From Octopus sinensis (Eukaryota): DNA of 64,000 nucleotides. The DNA is taken from the NCBI RefSeq assembly GCF_006345805.1, contig NC_043004.1, positions 85,808,001 through 85,872,000 on the forward strand, read 5' to 3'. The position numbers and the translations under genes were made by a program. Shown here piece by piece: positions 42,479-53,789 of the stretch (position 1 is its first letter; each line of letters starts with the position of its first letter). The notes under the pieces were generated by a model. It was given only the letters and a program-made list of their open reading frames with translations. It was not told the origin of the DNA and ran no database searches.

Positions 42479-42662
42479 GGAAATTGAAATAGAGTACCCA
42501 GTAGAAATGTTACAATAGGTTTGCCTCCTTGGCACAGCCAGAATAATCGAGAAAGTATAAAATAGCTGAAAAGAATGAATAGCATGGTACCGTAGGCTGC
42601 AAGACGCATGCAAGACTCCAGGAGCTCCAACAAAGCCTATGATAAAGAGAAAATAATACAAT
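42478..42662 (+). mobile_element. Short 3' fragment of a second R4/Dong-like subfamily
   Basis: Reads EIEYPVEMLQ*VCLLGTARIIEKV*, matching the C-terminus of the 39531 element (QKIVLMGTAHILRKIL). It starts directly after an (AAT)n run and ends in aaaataatacaat. Confidence 0.65.
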
Positions 42663-43136
42663 GAAATATTTCTGTATGTAAGAGACGGCAATTTTTCCAT
42701 CGCATTCTACCTCACCTGTCTGCATCATTAATTGTAAAAACAAAAGGCTATGGTCTCTTGACGTGTCTGGTTGAAACTTGGATGCTGCGGCCTATATAAA
42801 ATAAGACAAAGTCAAAGCGTAATTATGATGATGTTGATGACGATGATGATGATGATGACGATGATGATGATAATGGTGGTGGTGGTGGTCGTCGTCGTCA
42901 TGTTGATGATGGTGATGATGGTGGCGATGATGTTGATGATGATAATCATGGTGATGATGATGATGATTGTGAAGCTGATGATGATGGTGATGATTATGAT
43001 GATGGTGATGATTATGATGGTGGTGGTGATGATGATGATGATGATGATGATAATGATGGTGAATGATGATGATGACTGTGATGTTGATGGTGATAGTGAT
43101 GGTGATGATAGTGATGATTATGGTGATGTGATGATG

Positions 43137-43168
<32 letters not shown>

Positions 43169-43664
43169 GGTGATGGTGACGAGGGTGATGATGATGGTGG
43201 TGGTGATTGCGATGATGATGATGCTGATGATTATGATGTTCATGGAGATGATAATGATTATGATTTATTTTTCCACAAAGCGTCGCAAAAGCCAAGGACA
43301 TTCATGGAAAAAACAAAGACAAATGACAGAAGGGATTTTCATAAACACGTGTAAATAAGACAATAAAAAAACAACTAAATTCCCTCATCGGAGGGAGCAC
43401 CCCGTCCCAAAACTAACCAAGGAATCCAAGAGATCGTAGATCACCCTGAATGTCAAAGGCACCACTTCATCTATCAGTTCTCTCCATCCGACAAGCATCA
43501 GCGCTTCCATATTCGCCTAGCTTTCATCAAATTTACTGGGTATGGGGTGGCGGGGAAACAGCATTTTACCGTAATTTCCTTTTCAATTGGAATTTTATCC
43601 GGCAGTTCTGTCTACTGTCAACTGAAATAGATCAATTAACCATACTTTTATGTTAACTAAGAAC

Positions 43665-43875
43665 AACTATAGCAATTTCTTTACAACCCACAAGGGGCTA
43701 AACACAGAGAGGACAAACAAGGACAGACAAACGGATTTAGTCGATTATATCGATTATTTAATCGACCCCGAAAGGATGAAAGACAAAGTCGACCTCGGCG
43801 GAATTTGAACTCAGAACGTGGCTGCAGACGAAAAGCTGCTAAACATTTCGCCCGGCGTGCTAACGTTTCTGGCAG
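43665..43875 (-). mobile_element. SINE family B, inverted and internally deleted
   Basis: Reverse complement of the 44110 head and core. Older copies lie at 37-160, 8262-8461, 19025-19200 and 22225-22345. Confidence 0.85.
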
Positions 43876-44109
43876 CTCGCCTAAGAACAACTATACCTTT
43901 AACCAGGTATTTCATTCACAAATGGAATTTAAAACAAAAGCGCGGACGCAAATGTCGGTTTTTAGTTCTTTGGCCGCGTCAACCACAAAATGTATCTTCA
44001 TCATAACCAATAGACAGAGGATGATTGCCCACACTTCTCTGCCAAATGAAGGCGTGCGAGGAAATCTTCGCGATGGAATCAATCGATTACAGAATCTGCC
44101 TCACAATTA

Positions 44110-44525
44110 AAGGCGGCGAGCTGGCAGAAACGTTAGCACAGCGGGCGAAATGCTTAGCAGTATTTCGTCTGCCGTTACGTTCTGAGTTCAAATTCCGCCG
44201 AGGTCGACTTTGCCTTTCATCCTTTCAGGGTCGATTAAATAAGTACCAGTTACGCACTGGGGGTCTGTTTAATCGACTTTATCAGTTTGTCTGTCCTTGT
44301 TAGTCCTCCCTGTGTTTGGCCCCTTGTGGGTAGTAAAGAAATAGGTATTTCGTCTGCCGTTACGTTCTGAGTTCCAATTCCGCCGAGGTCGGCTTTACCT
44401 TTCATTCTTTCGGTGTCGATAAATTAAGTACCAGTTATGCACTGTGGTCGATGCAATCGACTTAATCCCTTTGTCGCTCATTGTTTGTCCCCTCTTTGTT
44501 TAGCCCCTTCTGGACAGGAAAGATA
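44110..44525 (+). mobile_element. Dimeric tRNA-derived SINE family B
   Basis: Head ggcggcgagctggcagaaacg, B box gagttcaaattcc; the block gtcgactttgcctttcatcctttc.gggtcgat.aa.taagtacca is repeated twice. Confidence 0.88.
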
Positions 44526-44722
44526 TAAGGATCTGTCTCGCAATCGCAGCTGTTCCACCACAGGTCAGTAAGGCTCGGGCTTTGTACGTGTTTATGTAGA
44601 TGGGGGTCGTTGCTTTGCAGGCATCCTGACCTGAGTGACGTTTCTAAAGCACAACACCACTCACACACACACTCACATACACACATACACATTAACACAC
44701 ACACACAGGCTATCAGCTTTAC

Positions 44723-44830
44723 CATGTCTGTAGAGATTATCCCGGTAGAGCAATGTTTCGCTCCACTCCTCCGGAATCTCAGCCAAGCCGAGGAATCCTC
44801 GACATTAAAGTCTCTTCTAACTCCAGTAAC
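44723..44830 (-). other. Candidate 108-bp exon
   Basis: Acceptor tctttgtttctttttacag| and donor atg|gtaaag. Unique sequence; phase-0 frame is open (VTGVRRDFNVEDSSAWLRFRRSGAKHCSTGIISTDM). Confidence 0.45.
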
Positions 44831-47093
44831 CTGTAAAAAGAAACAAAGACTTGGAATATTAATTTCTTGTAACAGTTTCCCATCTTAAACAAAAAAAAAA
44901 TAATCAAATAAATAAATCGAAAGAAAATGTGGACAACATCTATATTCCATGGTATACAAATATACTGAAACGCAATGTTTTGAACGCGTTTGGCTTTAGG
45001 TTTACAGAGTTTGGCTGGAATAAAAACAATTTAACAACGGCAGCCACAAGACCAGAAACAAAAACGTAAGGAAAAGAAAGACATCGTCAACGAGAACAAC
45101 AAAAGCAATATTAGCGTGATATAATATCAATATAACATCCACATAATATCAATATTTAGCCTGTGTAGTCAAATAACAAAACCCACATGACATAATCCAG
45201 TCTCTCCTTACAAACTAGTACGGCTTGGTATCGTGTACCATGCTTTCGCTAAGTGTTTTAGGTGCTTGTGTAGTCGTGAGCTGGCTCAAACTGAGAGAAA
45301 GTTGCTGCAAATTTGGAGTTGATTTGATTTGAACAACGTGAAATGAAGTGGTTTGCTCAGGAACAATACGCGCCGTCTGCCATAGGAATTGAAAGCACTA
45401 TATTATGATTTTAAGTCGAACACTTTAACTACTGGGCCACGGGCCTTCCGACAGCCACTTCTTTTCGCGCATATTTATGGCTTTGAAAAAAGATGAAATG
45501 AAATACGTTTAAGAATTGATCGCATGGCATTATGATCGGAAACAAACAGCCTAACCGGTAAGTCACGCATCTTCACACAGCGTTGAACAAAGTGAAATGA
45601 AGTACTCTATTTGAGGGCACATTGCGCCACTCGATCTAGGAATTGATCGCACGATATTATGATCGGAAATGAGCAACGTAACCGGTAGGCCACGTACCTT
45701 CGCACAGCCATATATGTGAATACATGTAAAAGACCAGCAAATCGCTTACTTCGGTTGTTGAGCGTTGAACATAGTTAAAAGAAGTACACTTTTTGAGGGC
45801 ACATTGCGCCACTCGATTTGGGAATTGATCGCACGACATTATGATAGGAACATAACAACCTAACATTCAGGGAAGAACAGAAGGGATTTTCATAAACACG
45901 TATAAATAAGAAAAACATTTAAATTCCCTCGCCGGAAGCAGCACCCCCGCCCCAGAACTAACCAAGGAATCCAACAGATCGTAGATCACCCGGAATGTCA
46001 CTTGGAGATCGCCCCGCTTCATCTGTCAGTTCTCTCCATCTGACAAGCATCACCCCTTCCATATTCGCCCACTTTTCATCAAATTTACTGGGTATGGAGG
46101 GAGGCGTGGATACAGCATTTTACCGGTAATTTCATTTTCCTTCGAAAGTTGAGCATTGAGCAAGATTAAATAAAGTACCCTGTTTGAGGATACATTGCAC
46201 CACTCGATCTAGGAATTGATCGCACGACACTGTGATCGCAACATAAGAGCCTAACCAGGAAGCCAGGCGCATTCGCACAGTCACATGTTTTCACACATAT
46301 AAAAGACCAGTAAAGCCTCTTTCTTTGGTTGTTGAGATTTACGAGAGAATCCTGATGATATCACTTGTTGTCTACTGTCAACTGAAGTAGATCAATTAAT
46401 TCACCATTGCTGCTTCTACTCCAACATAAGTTGCTTTAAATAAATTCGATTAAATTAAAACAAGAATGAATTCTTTTATTTTTTTCTTTGCTATCTCATT
46501 TTATTAGCTTCATAGATGTGAATTGCTGAGAAGCTGGAGCACCGCCTCTAAGTGTTCAGAGTGCAAGCATAGCTGTGTAGTTAAGAATCTCATTAGCTTT
46601 TAGCCGCCATTGTAAAGGCTTCCTGGTTAGGGTATTTGACTCACGATCGTCAGGTCCTGAGTTCGATTCCCGGCAACGCGTCGTGTCCTTAAGCAAGGCA
46701 CTCTATTTCACGCTGCCACAGTCCACTCAGCTGACAAAGGGCCAGCTTTATTACATTCAGTGTCAGGCTGAATCTCGCTGAGAGCTACGTTGACGGTACA
46801 CGTGTCTGTGAAGTTTTCAGACACTTGCACGTTAGTTTCGCGAACATGGTATTGGTCGATCGACTCATGAAAGACGCTCATCGGCGTGACCGACAGAGAG
46901 ACAAGCGAGGCTACTACACGGCATATTTTGGCAAGTACCTTAAGCTATAGCCCTGGGTCGACCCATGCTTTGTGAATGAATTTCGTACATGGAAACTATG
47001 TGGAACACCTCATAAAATATTGCAATACGAATGTATTCCTTTCTAGTAAAATAAAGCACCGTAATGGTAGAAGTATAAATATAAATATAAATA

Positions 47094-47241
47094 CAGATTA
47101 GTGGTACGACAAGGCACCAATATTTGCTGGAGATAGCAAACGATACATTTATGATGCTATAGTAAACATTTGCTGTAGCGTCGTAAATCTATCGACTGCT
47201 ATTTCCAGTAAATATTGGTACCTTGTTGTACCACTAATCTG
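47094..47241. mobile_element. Fully palindromic fold-back MITE-like element flanked by TA
   Basis: TA-cagattagtggtacgacaaggcaccaatatttgctggagatagca... pairs with ...tgctatttccagtaaatattggtaccttgttgtaccactaatctg-TA, and pairing continues to a 2-4 nt loop at about 47167. Confidence 0.65.
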
Positions 47242-47269
47242 TATTTACATATATATTCTTTTATTCTTT

Positions 47270-47653
47270 TATTCTTTTATTTGTTTCAGTCATTTGACTG
47301 CGGCCATGCTGGAGCACCACCTTTAGTCGAAACGAATCGATCCCAGGACTTATTCTTTGTAAGCCTAGTACTTATTCTATCAGTCTTTTTTGCCGAACCG
47401 CCAGGTCAAGGGGACGTAAACACACTAGCAACGGTTGTGAAGCGATCTTGGGGGACAAACACAGACATACAAACATATATGTACATATATGCGACGGGCT
47501 TCTTTCAGTTTCCGTCTACCAAATCCACCCATAAGGCATTGGTCGGCCGGAGGCTATAGTAGAAGACACTTGCCCAAGGAACCACGCAGTGGGACTCAAC
47601 CCGTAACCATGTGATTGGTATGCAGGCTACTTACCACAAAGCCACTCCTGCGC

Positions 47654-47655
<2 letters not shown>
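47270..47655 (-). mobile_element. SINE family A, full copy
   Basis: Reverse complement of the family A head, body and tail. Confidence 0.9.
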
Positions 47656-47721
<66 letters not shown>

Positions 47722-47999
47722 AGTCCAGTGAATTGAACAAATGAAAGCTAAAAGATAAAAATACACACACGTTCAGTTCTGTTGGCATAGCTTTGTTATT
47801 AAGAAATTTGCTTCCTGCTTCATTTCCGCCTCGAAATATTTTGGGCAAGTGTCTCCTAATTCATTCTCTAGTTTACCGATAACGTGTAAGTGCAATTTTG
47901 TAGGCAATAACTGTAAAACTAAACAAGCCAATACTAGTTATCAGGCGAAGTTGGAAGGCTAGCACAAACTAAAAAAAAACGCACGAACTCACCCACACA

Positions 48000-48049
<50 letters not shown>

Positions 48050-48121
48050 TTATTATTATTATTGTTATTATTATTACTATTAATATTATTATTATTATTA
48101 TTATCATTATTATTATTATTA

Positions 48122-48168
<47 letters not shown>

Positions 48169-49229
48169 TACGGTAGGCTTCATACAGTTACCATCTACCA
48201 ATTTTTATTCATAAAGTATTGGTGGCCTACAGATATAGTAGAAGACACCTCCGGTGTGTGTAGCACAATCTGTCGTAACCGGAACCGACGCGTATGCAAA
48301 GTAAGTATCTTAACCCTATAGTCATGACTGCAACTAACCACACGTTAGCATGCGAACATGTTAAATTATAAATATGCTGATTGTACCCATTTAGTAAGAT
48401 CCTACGCTATGGAAGGTTACATAGTCAGTGTGCATACTAGATATGGACGATAAATCAAAACACTTTCTAAGAAAAGAAATGAGTGGATTAACAGCAAATC
48501 CACCACGACTACTACCATCGCAGTAATGTCTCCTTCGTGTGAGCTAAGAAATAGATTACCGAATAACGTCTACCACATACAATACTCAGAATACAAAGAA
48601 CTAGATCGAATTAAAGTCCCTAGGGGAGTCAAATAAAAGTATTGATCATCATCAAAATGAGCATGATCATACACTGGAACGGTTAGTAAAGAAACGAGGA
48701 AAATCAGTCACGTGGTATGAAAATAAGAAATAAATTGTAAGATGTACCCCCCCCCTTTTTCTGACAATAATTTTAAATTGTACTCAACCAAGCTGTAGAT
48801 AAACTGTAAAACTAGCAATGTAATGTACTATATGAGATACATGTTAGGGCAGAATAAAGACATATGCGCAAACTATATAGAAGAAATTACTCGTAGTGTA
48901 GTTGAAATGGCCGATTTTTATTTTCACTTGTGTGAATACGCTTTTGAGGATATCTACAAACTTCCAACATACCACTCAGAAATGAAATAGGTCAATAAAC
49001 AATGTTGCAATAAAAAGTATTTCCTCTCATTTCAAAGATCCCACACTATGATAGGTTACATAATCATTACGCATACTGGATATGGATAATAAATCACACA
49101 CACACACCTTCTAAAGAAAAAATAATGGATTAACAACACACACCACTACCACCACAATAATGCAAAGACAAAGATGAATTTGATTATCATAAACTAAAGA
49201 CAACTATACACACAATAAACCACAAAAGT

Positions 49230-49279
<50 letters not shown>

Positions 49280-49313
49280 CACAAAAATACATACACATAC
49301 AACACGTCCTTAC

Positions 49314-49351
49314 GTTGGCACAAGAAAGATAACCGAAAATATAAATACCAT
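49314..49351 (-). other. Candidate 38-bp exon
   Basis: Acceptor ttgttttatttccgttgtttcag| and donor aac|gtaagg. Confidence 0.42.
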
Positions 49352-50343
49352 CTGAAACAACGGAAATAAAACAACGTGACAGCACACACATATAAAATGT
49401 TGGCAAAATAAACACAAGGATAGAAAATCATTTGTTGTATGAGAAATCATTGAAAACAAAATGATGCAGATGCGAGACGAAATATTTATGTGAATCTGTT
49501 AAATAATTTAACTAACCAGCATGTAAATATTTATGGACAAACATCTAAAGTAGCAAAAGTGTCCTAAGTTAAAACCTAGGCTCGTGCAAGTGTTCATTTG
49601 ACCAATAGGCAATTTTGATTGCGAAGAATGGACTCAGAGCAAATTCGAAGGGAATATAATATGCTTGAAATGTGTGTGTATAGGAAAATGTTACGACTCC
49701 TTACAAGGTCGTCGAACGAAATAATAATATAGGTTAAAGCCGTGATTCCTAGCGTGGGGCATGATAATATTTTGGTGAGGCATGGTAATATTTTGGTGAG
49801 GCATGCGTAGGGTTATGTTGTACTCAATGTTTAGTAGTAGACCAATAGAAAAAGGGGGCAATTCGAGGATGAGTTATTAAAAAAAATTCTTTATATCCCT
49901 TCTGTGGACAATTTTATCTAGTTTTGGAAACTTTAAAGACAACAGGTCGTTTTCATCTGATGTCACTAAAGAGGGGATTTCGTGGTATGTAGGTAATTAC
50001 AAACGTGTATGAGTGTGTGTGTTTGTGTGCGTGCATGTATGTAGTGTATAACTGATCAGTACTGAAATCAACACCATCTTTATTCCCTATGGAGAAATAA
50101 ACTGGAGACAGACCTATGTGTGCGGGTATGTGGTGACAAAACAATCTAGGTATACCAGAAAAATGTGATACTGCAGTGTGTTGATAGGGCAATAAGTGGC
50201 GATGGGCGTAAGGGATGAAAGAATTGAATGATGTGAAATGGGTTGAAATGGAGTGGAAGTAAGGGGTAGCGTCAGTGAAGGAAGAGAAAGAGAAAGAAAG
50301 AGAAAGAGAGAGGAGAGAGAGAGACAGACAGACAGACAGAGAG

Positions 50344-50374
<31 letters not shown>

Positions 50375-50639
50375 TTTATGGTACTGGTAACGCACATACA
50401 CACACACACACATATATATATATATGAAATTTATATAAAATTTCATAAAAAAACTTTTTCCTAAAAGTTATGAAGGAAAATCTCGAATCTTGGGAATATT
50501 CCGAAGTCCTCCCCCACCCCGTTGCTTTCGTTTCCTATATTCGTTTCCTACACATTGTTTTTACATCTGATGCAGTATTTCTTTTTATTTTGTTTCTGGG
50601 TAATATTGTGAATCTTAACCAAATTTTGAATTACATTAA

Positions 50640-50718
50640 TTAAATATCGCAAGGGGGCATCAAGATTTTAGAAATGATTCGGTAAGGCATGGCCAAAAGT
50701 CGGTTGGGAACCACTGGG
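50640..50718 (-). mobile_element. Single hAT/Charlie-like terminal remnant
   Basis: ggttgggaaccactg = reverse complement of CAGTGGTTCCCAACC, a typical hAT-Charlie terminus; no partner end found. Confidence 0.4.
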
Positions 50719-50743
50719 TTAAAAGAATGTTAAAGATGAAAAC

Positions 50744-50995
50744 TTGAACTTAAAGAAAAACCAAAAACTCATCTATTCTGGCCATATTCAAAGAAGCAGA
50801 GTTCTGGAAACCATTATCATAGAAGGAAGAGTAGATGGCAGCGGATCACGAGGCAGGCAAAGAACACAATGGTTGAACAAACGTAGCAAGGCAGCTGGAG
50901 TATTCGCACTTAATTGGAAAGACTTTTGTTGCAGTGTCATCAATGCGCTGCGGGCGTATGATTATTGGAAGAATCACCTTCATAAAGGACGTTGA
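50744..50995 (+). mobile_element. RTE-clade LINE 3' fragment
   Basis: KLIYSGHIQRSRVLETIIIEGRVDGSGSRGRQRTQWL matches the RTE/BovB C-terminal pattern (YFGHI..LEK..EG.VEG.R.RGRQR..W). Confidence 0.75.
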
Positions 50996-51439
50996 GATAT
51001 ATGAATATGTGAGTGTGAGTGAGATTGTATGTGTATACATGTATACATATACATACACACGCATACTGAGAAGCAGACGGAAAAACGAGTGAAAGACAGA
51101 GAAGGAGAAACAGAGAATAGGGAGAGAAATTGGCAAACACAGATGCGGCGGACGCTTTGCTTTGCAACTATGTCGTATCGGGTCCAGAAACAATCTAACA
51201 GCCCTCTTGTTGGAAAAGGATTCTCCTCTAGAAGCACGGTTTGATTAATTCCATCAAAGACAAATTTTGTTGATGGAAACTGTACTGAAGCTGATTGTTT
51301 ATACACACGTACACACGATGAACACAAACCAACAGACGACTGCATCCTCCTCCTCTCTCTCATTCTCTCTCTCTCCTTCACATACACACTCACACGTACA
51401 TACACACATACACTTATATATAATCTTTCAATTGATTCA

Positions 51440-51790
51440 ATCGTTTGACTGTAGCCATGCTGGGGCACCGCCTGCAAGATTTGTTCTGTAGTCTGATGTA
51501 TAGACCAAGAACTTATTGTTTTTAAAGTCTAGTACTTACTTTAAAAGTGCCTTTTGCTGAACCGTTAAGTTGTGAAATGGTGGGGAGAGACATACACAGC
51601 CACAAAGACACACACGCTCATAGCTATATATATATATATATATATATATACGAGAGACTTCTTTCAGTTTCCGTCAAGCAAAACCACAAGCAAGTCTTTG
51701 GTCCCCCCGAGGCTATTGCAGGAACTTGCCCAAAGTATCGTGCAGCGGGGCTGAGCCCGGAACTATGCTTCTTACAACACAGCCAAAGAA
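51440..51790 (-). mobile_element. SINE family A, diverged copy
   Basis: ccatgctggggcaccgcc ... ctttcagtttccgtc ... acttgcccaaag. Confidence 0.8.
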
Positions 51791-52362
51791 ACATCCTTTC
51801 TATTATAAAAGCTCTTTCACGTTTAACTGCTTTTTCTTTGGATATTATACACAGTCTCTCTTCAACTTTATACAATTTCCACAAATATATACCCTCACCT
51901 TTTCTCCTAATCTTGGACCTCGTCCCTTTTTCGCGTATACTTCATTGTTTTCTCAACATGTATGATGTTTCCTCACTTGTTTCACATATTTTCCTTCTCA
52001 CCACCCACCCTCCGTCCGATCCCTATATGTATTTTTCCAAATACACTAAGCACAGTCTAACAATTTTCCACACCAAAAGTAACAGCCAACACCTTACACA
52101 CCAGCCTATTTACCCATCGCCCTTCATAGCGACCTTCTTATCCACGGACACACTACTCCCGCTAACTCATTCCGCCCTTACTCCTCCCCACATACAAGCA
52201 TATCCACCTGGCCTCTGAATATGTTTCCTTTCTCACTTCTATTAAAATTTTTCTTACATTTCACATTTTTGATGAAGGACTAGCCTCCGAAACGTTAAAG
52301 ACCATTTCCTTTCCTTTCAAAGGTTACATATAATACATATGTATATATATATTATATATATA

Positions 52363-52393
<31 letters not shown>

Positions 52394-52939
52394 ATATATA
52401 TATTATATATAATATATATATAATATATATATATATACATATATATAAACATAATAAACACGCACACTCATACAAATTTACATAATATATAATAGATATA
52501 TCATATAAAAGCATTGTTTAATATATTTAATACATATATATATATATTATATATATATATATAATATATATGTATAAATATAGAAATATATATATTATAT
52601 ATATATACATAGATATATATAATATTAATTAATGACAAAACCACTATTTTGTAAATCAAACAAGGAAAGACTTAATCAATACATAAAAAAATTCCTTCAA
52701 ACAGTACCGGACAAACCACCCACACCCGGATATGTCTCCGCAAACAATAACTCTCTGCTCGAATGGGCCTTGGTGCCCAAATCCTGAACTGAAAGACTTC
52801 GCCAGGTGGTGCTATTAAGTTAGACATGGCCTGGGCCAATACTGATTTTTCCCTGTAAATTTGGATTTATTCCCTAATATTTTTATTATTTTATATATAT
52901 ATATATACATATATGCATGTATGTATATATATATATATC

Positions 52940-53249
52940 ACCGTGACCACCGTGACCGACCAGGCTATCAGATGTTGCTACACATCGCTGGTCACAATGC
53001 GTTTCGCATTGTTTTAGCCTTCAAATGACGCGACCCCGCTGGCTAAGCGAGCAGACCAACAGAAGAAAGAGTGAGAGAAAGTCGCGGCGAAAGAGTACAG
53101 CAGGGATCGCCACCCTACTCCCTGCCGGAGCCTCGTGGAGCTTTACATGTTTTCGCTCAATAAACACTCACAACGCCCGGTCTGAGAATCGAAACCGCGA
53201 TCCTACAACCGCGAGTCCGCCGCCCTAACCTCTGGGCCATTACACCTTC

Positions 53250-53250
<1 letters not shown>
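52940..53250 (-). mobile_element. SINE family C, full copy
   Basis: Same head as 12466 in reverse; tail gcattgtgaccagcgatgtgtagcaacatctgatagcctggtcggtcacgg. Confidence 0.85.
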
Positions 53251-53298
<48 letters not shown>

Positions 53299-53322
53299 AT
53301 ATATATATATATATTATATATA

Positions 53323-53363
<41 letters not shown>

Positions 53364-53380
53364 TATATATATATATATAT

Positions 53381-53702
53381 AGGGCTCAGTGGTTAGAGCG
53401 TCGAGCTTACGAGCGTGAGGTTGTGAGCTCGAATCCCGGACCGGGCTGCGTGTTGTGTTCTCGAGCAAGGCATTTTATTTCACGTTGCTCCAGTTCACTC
53501 AGCTGTAGAAATGGGTTGCTACGTCACAGGTGCCAAGCTGTATCGACCTTTGTCTTTCCCTTGGATAACACTGGTGGCGTGGAGAGGGGAGGCTGGTATG
53601 CATGGGCGACTGCTAGCCTTCCATAAACAACCTTGCCCGGACTTGTGTCTAGGAGGGTAACTTTCTAGGTGCAATTCCATGGTCATTCATGACCGAAGGG
53701 GG

Positions 53703-53708
<6 letters not shown>
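53381..53708 (+). mobile_element. tRNA-derived SINE family H
   Basis: gggctcagtggttagagcg (A box), gagctcgaatccc (B box), then gagcaaggcattttatttcacgttgctccagttcactcagctg. A related head lies at about 46620-46880. Confidence 0.85.

Positions 53709-53788
<80 letters not shown>

Positions 53789-53789
<1 letters not shown>

Noticed and set aside
43365-43400. CCGAUGA-GGGAAUUU as a hammerhead in the 310-bp repeat
   Set aside because: Core is mutated in both copies and no GAAA follows the putative helix II.
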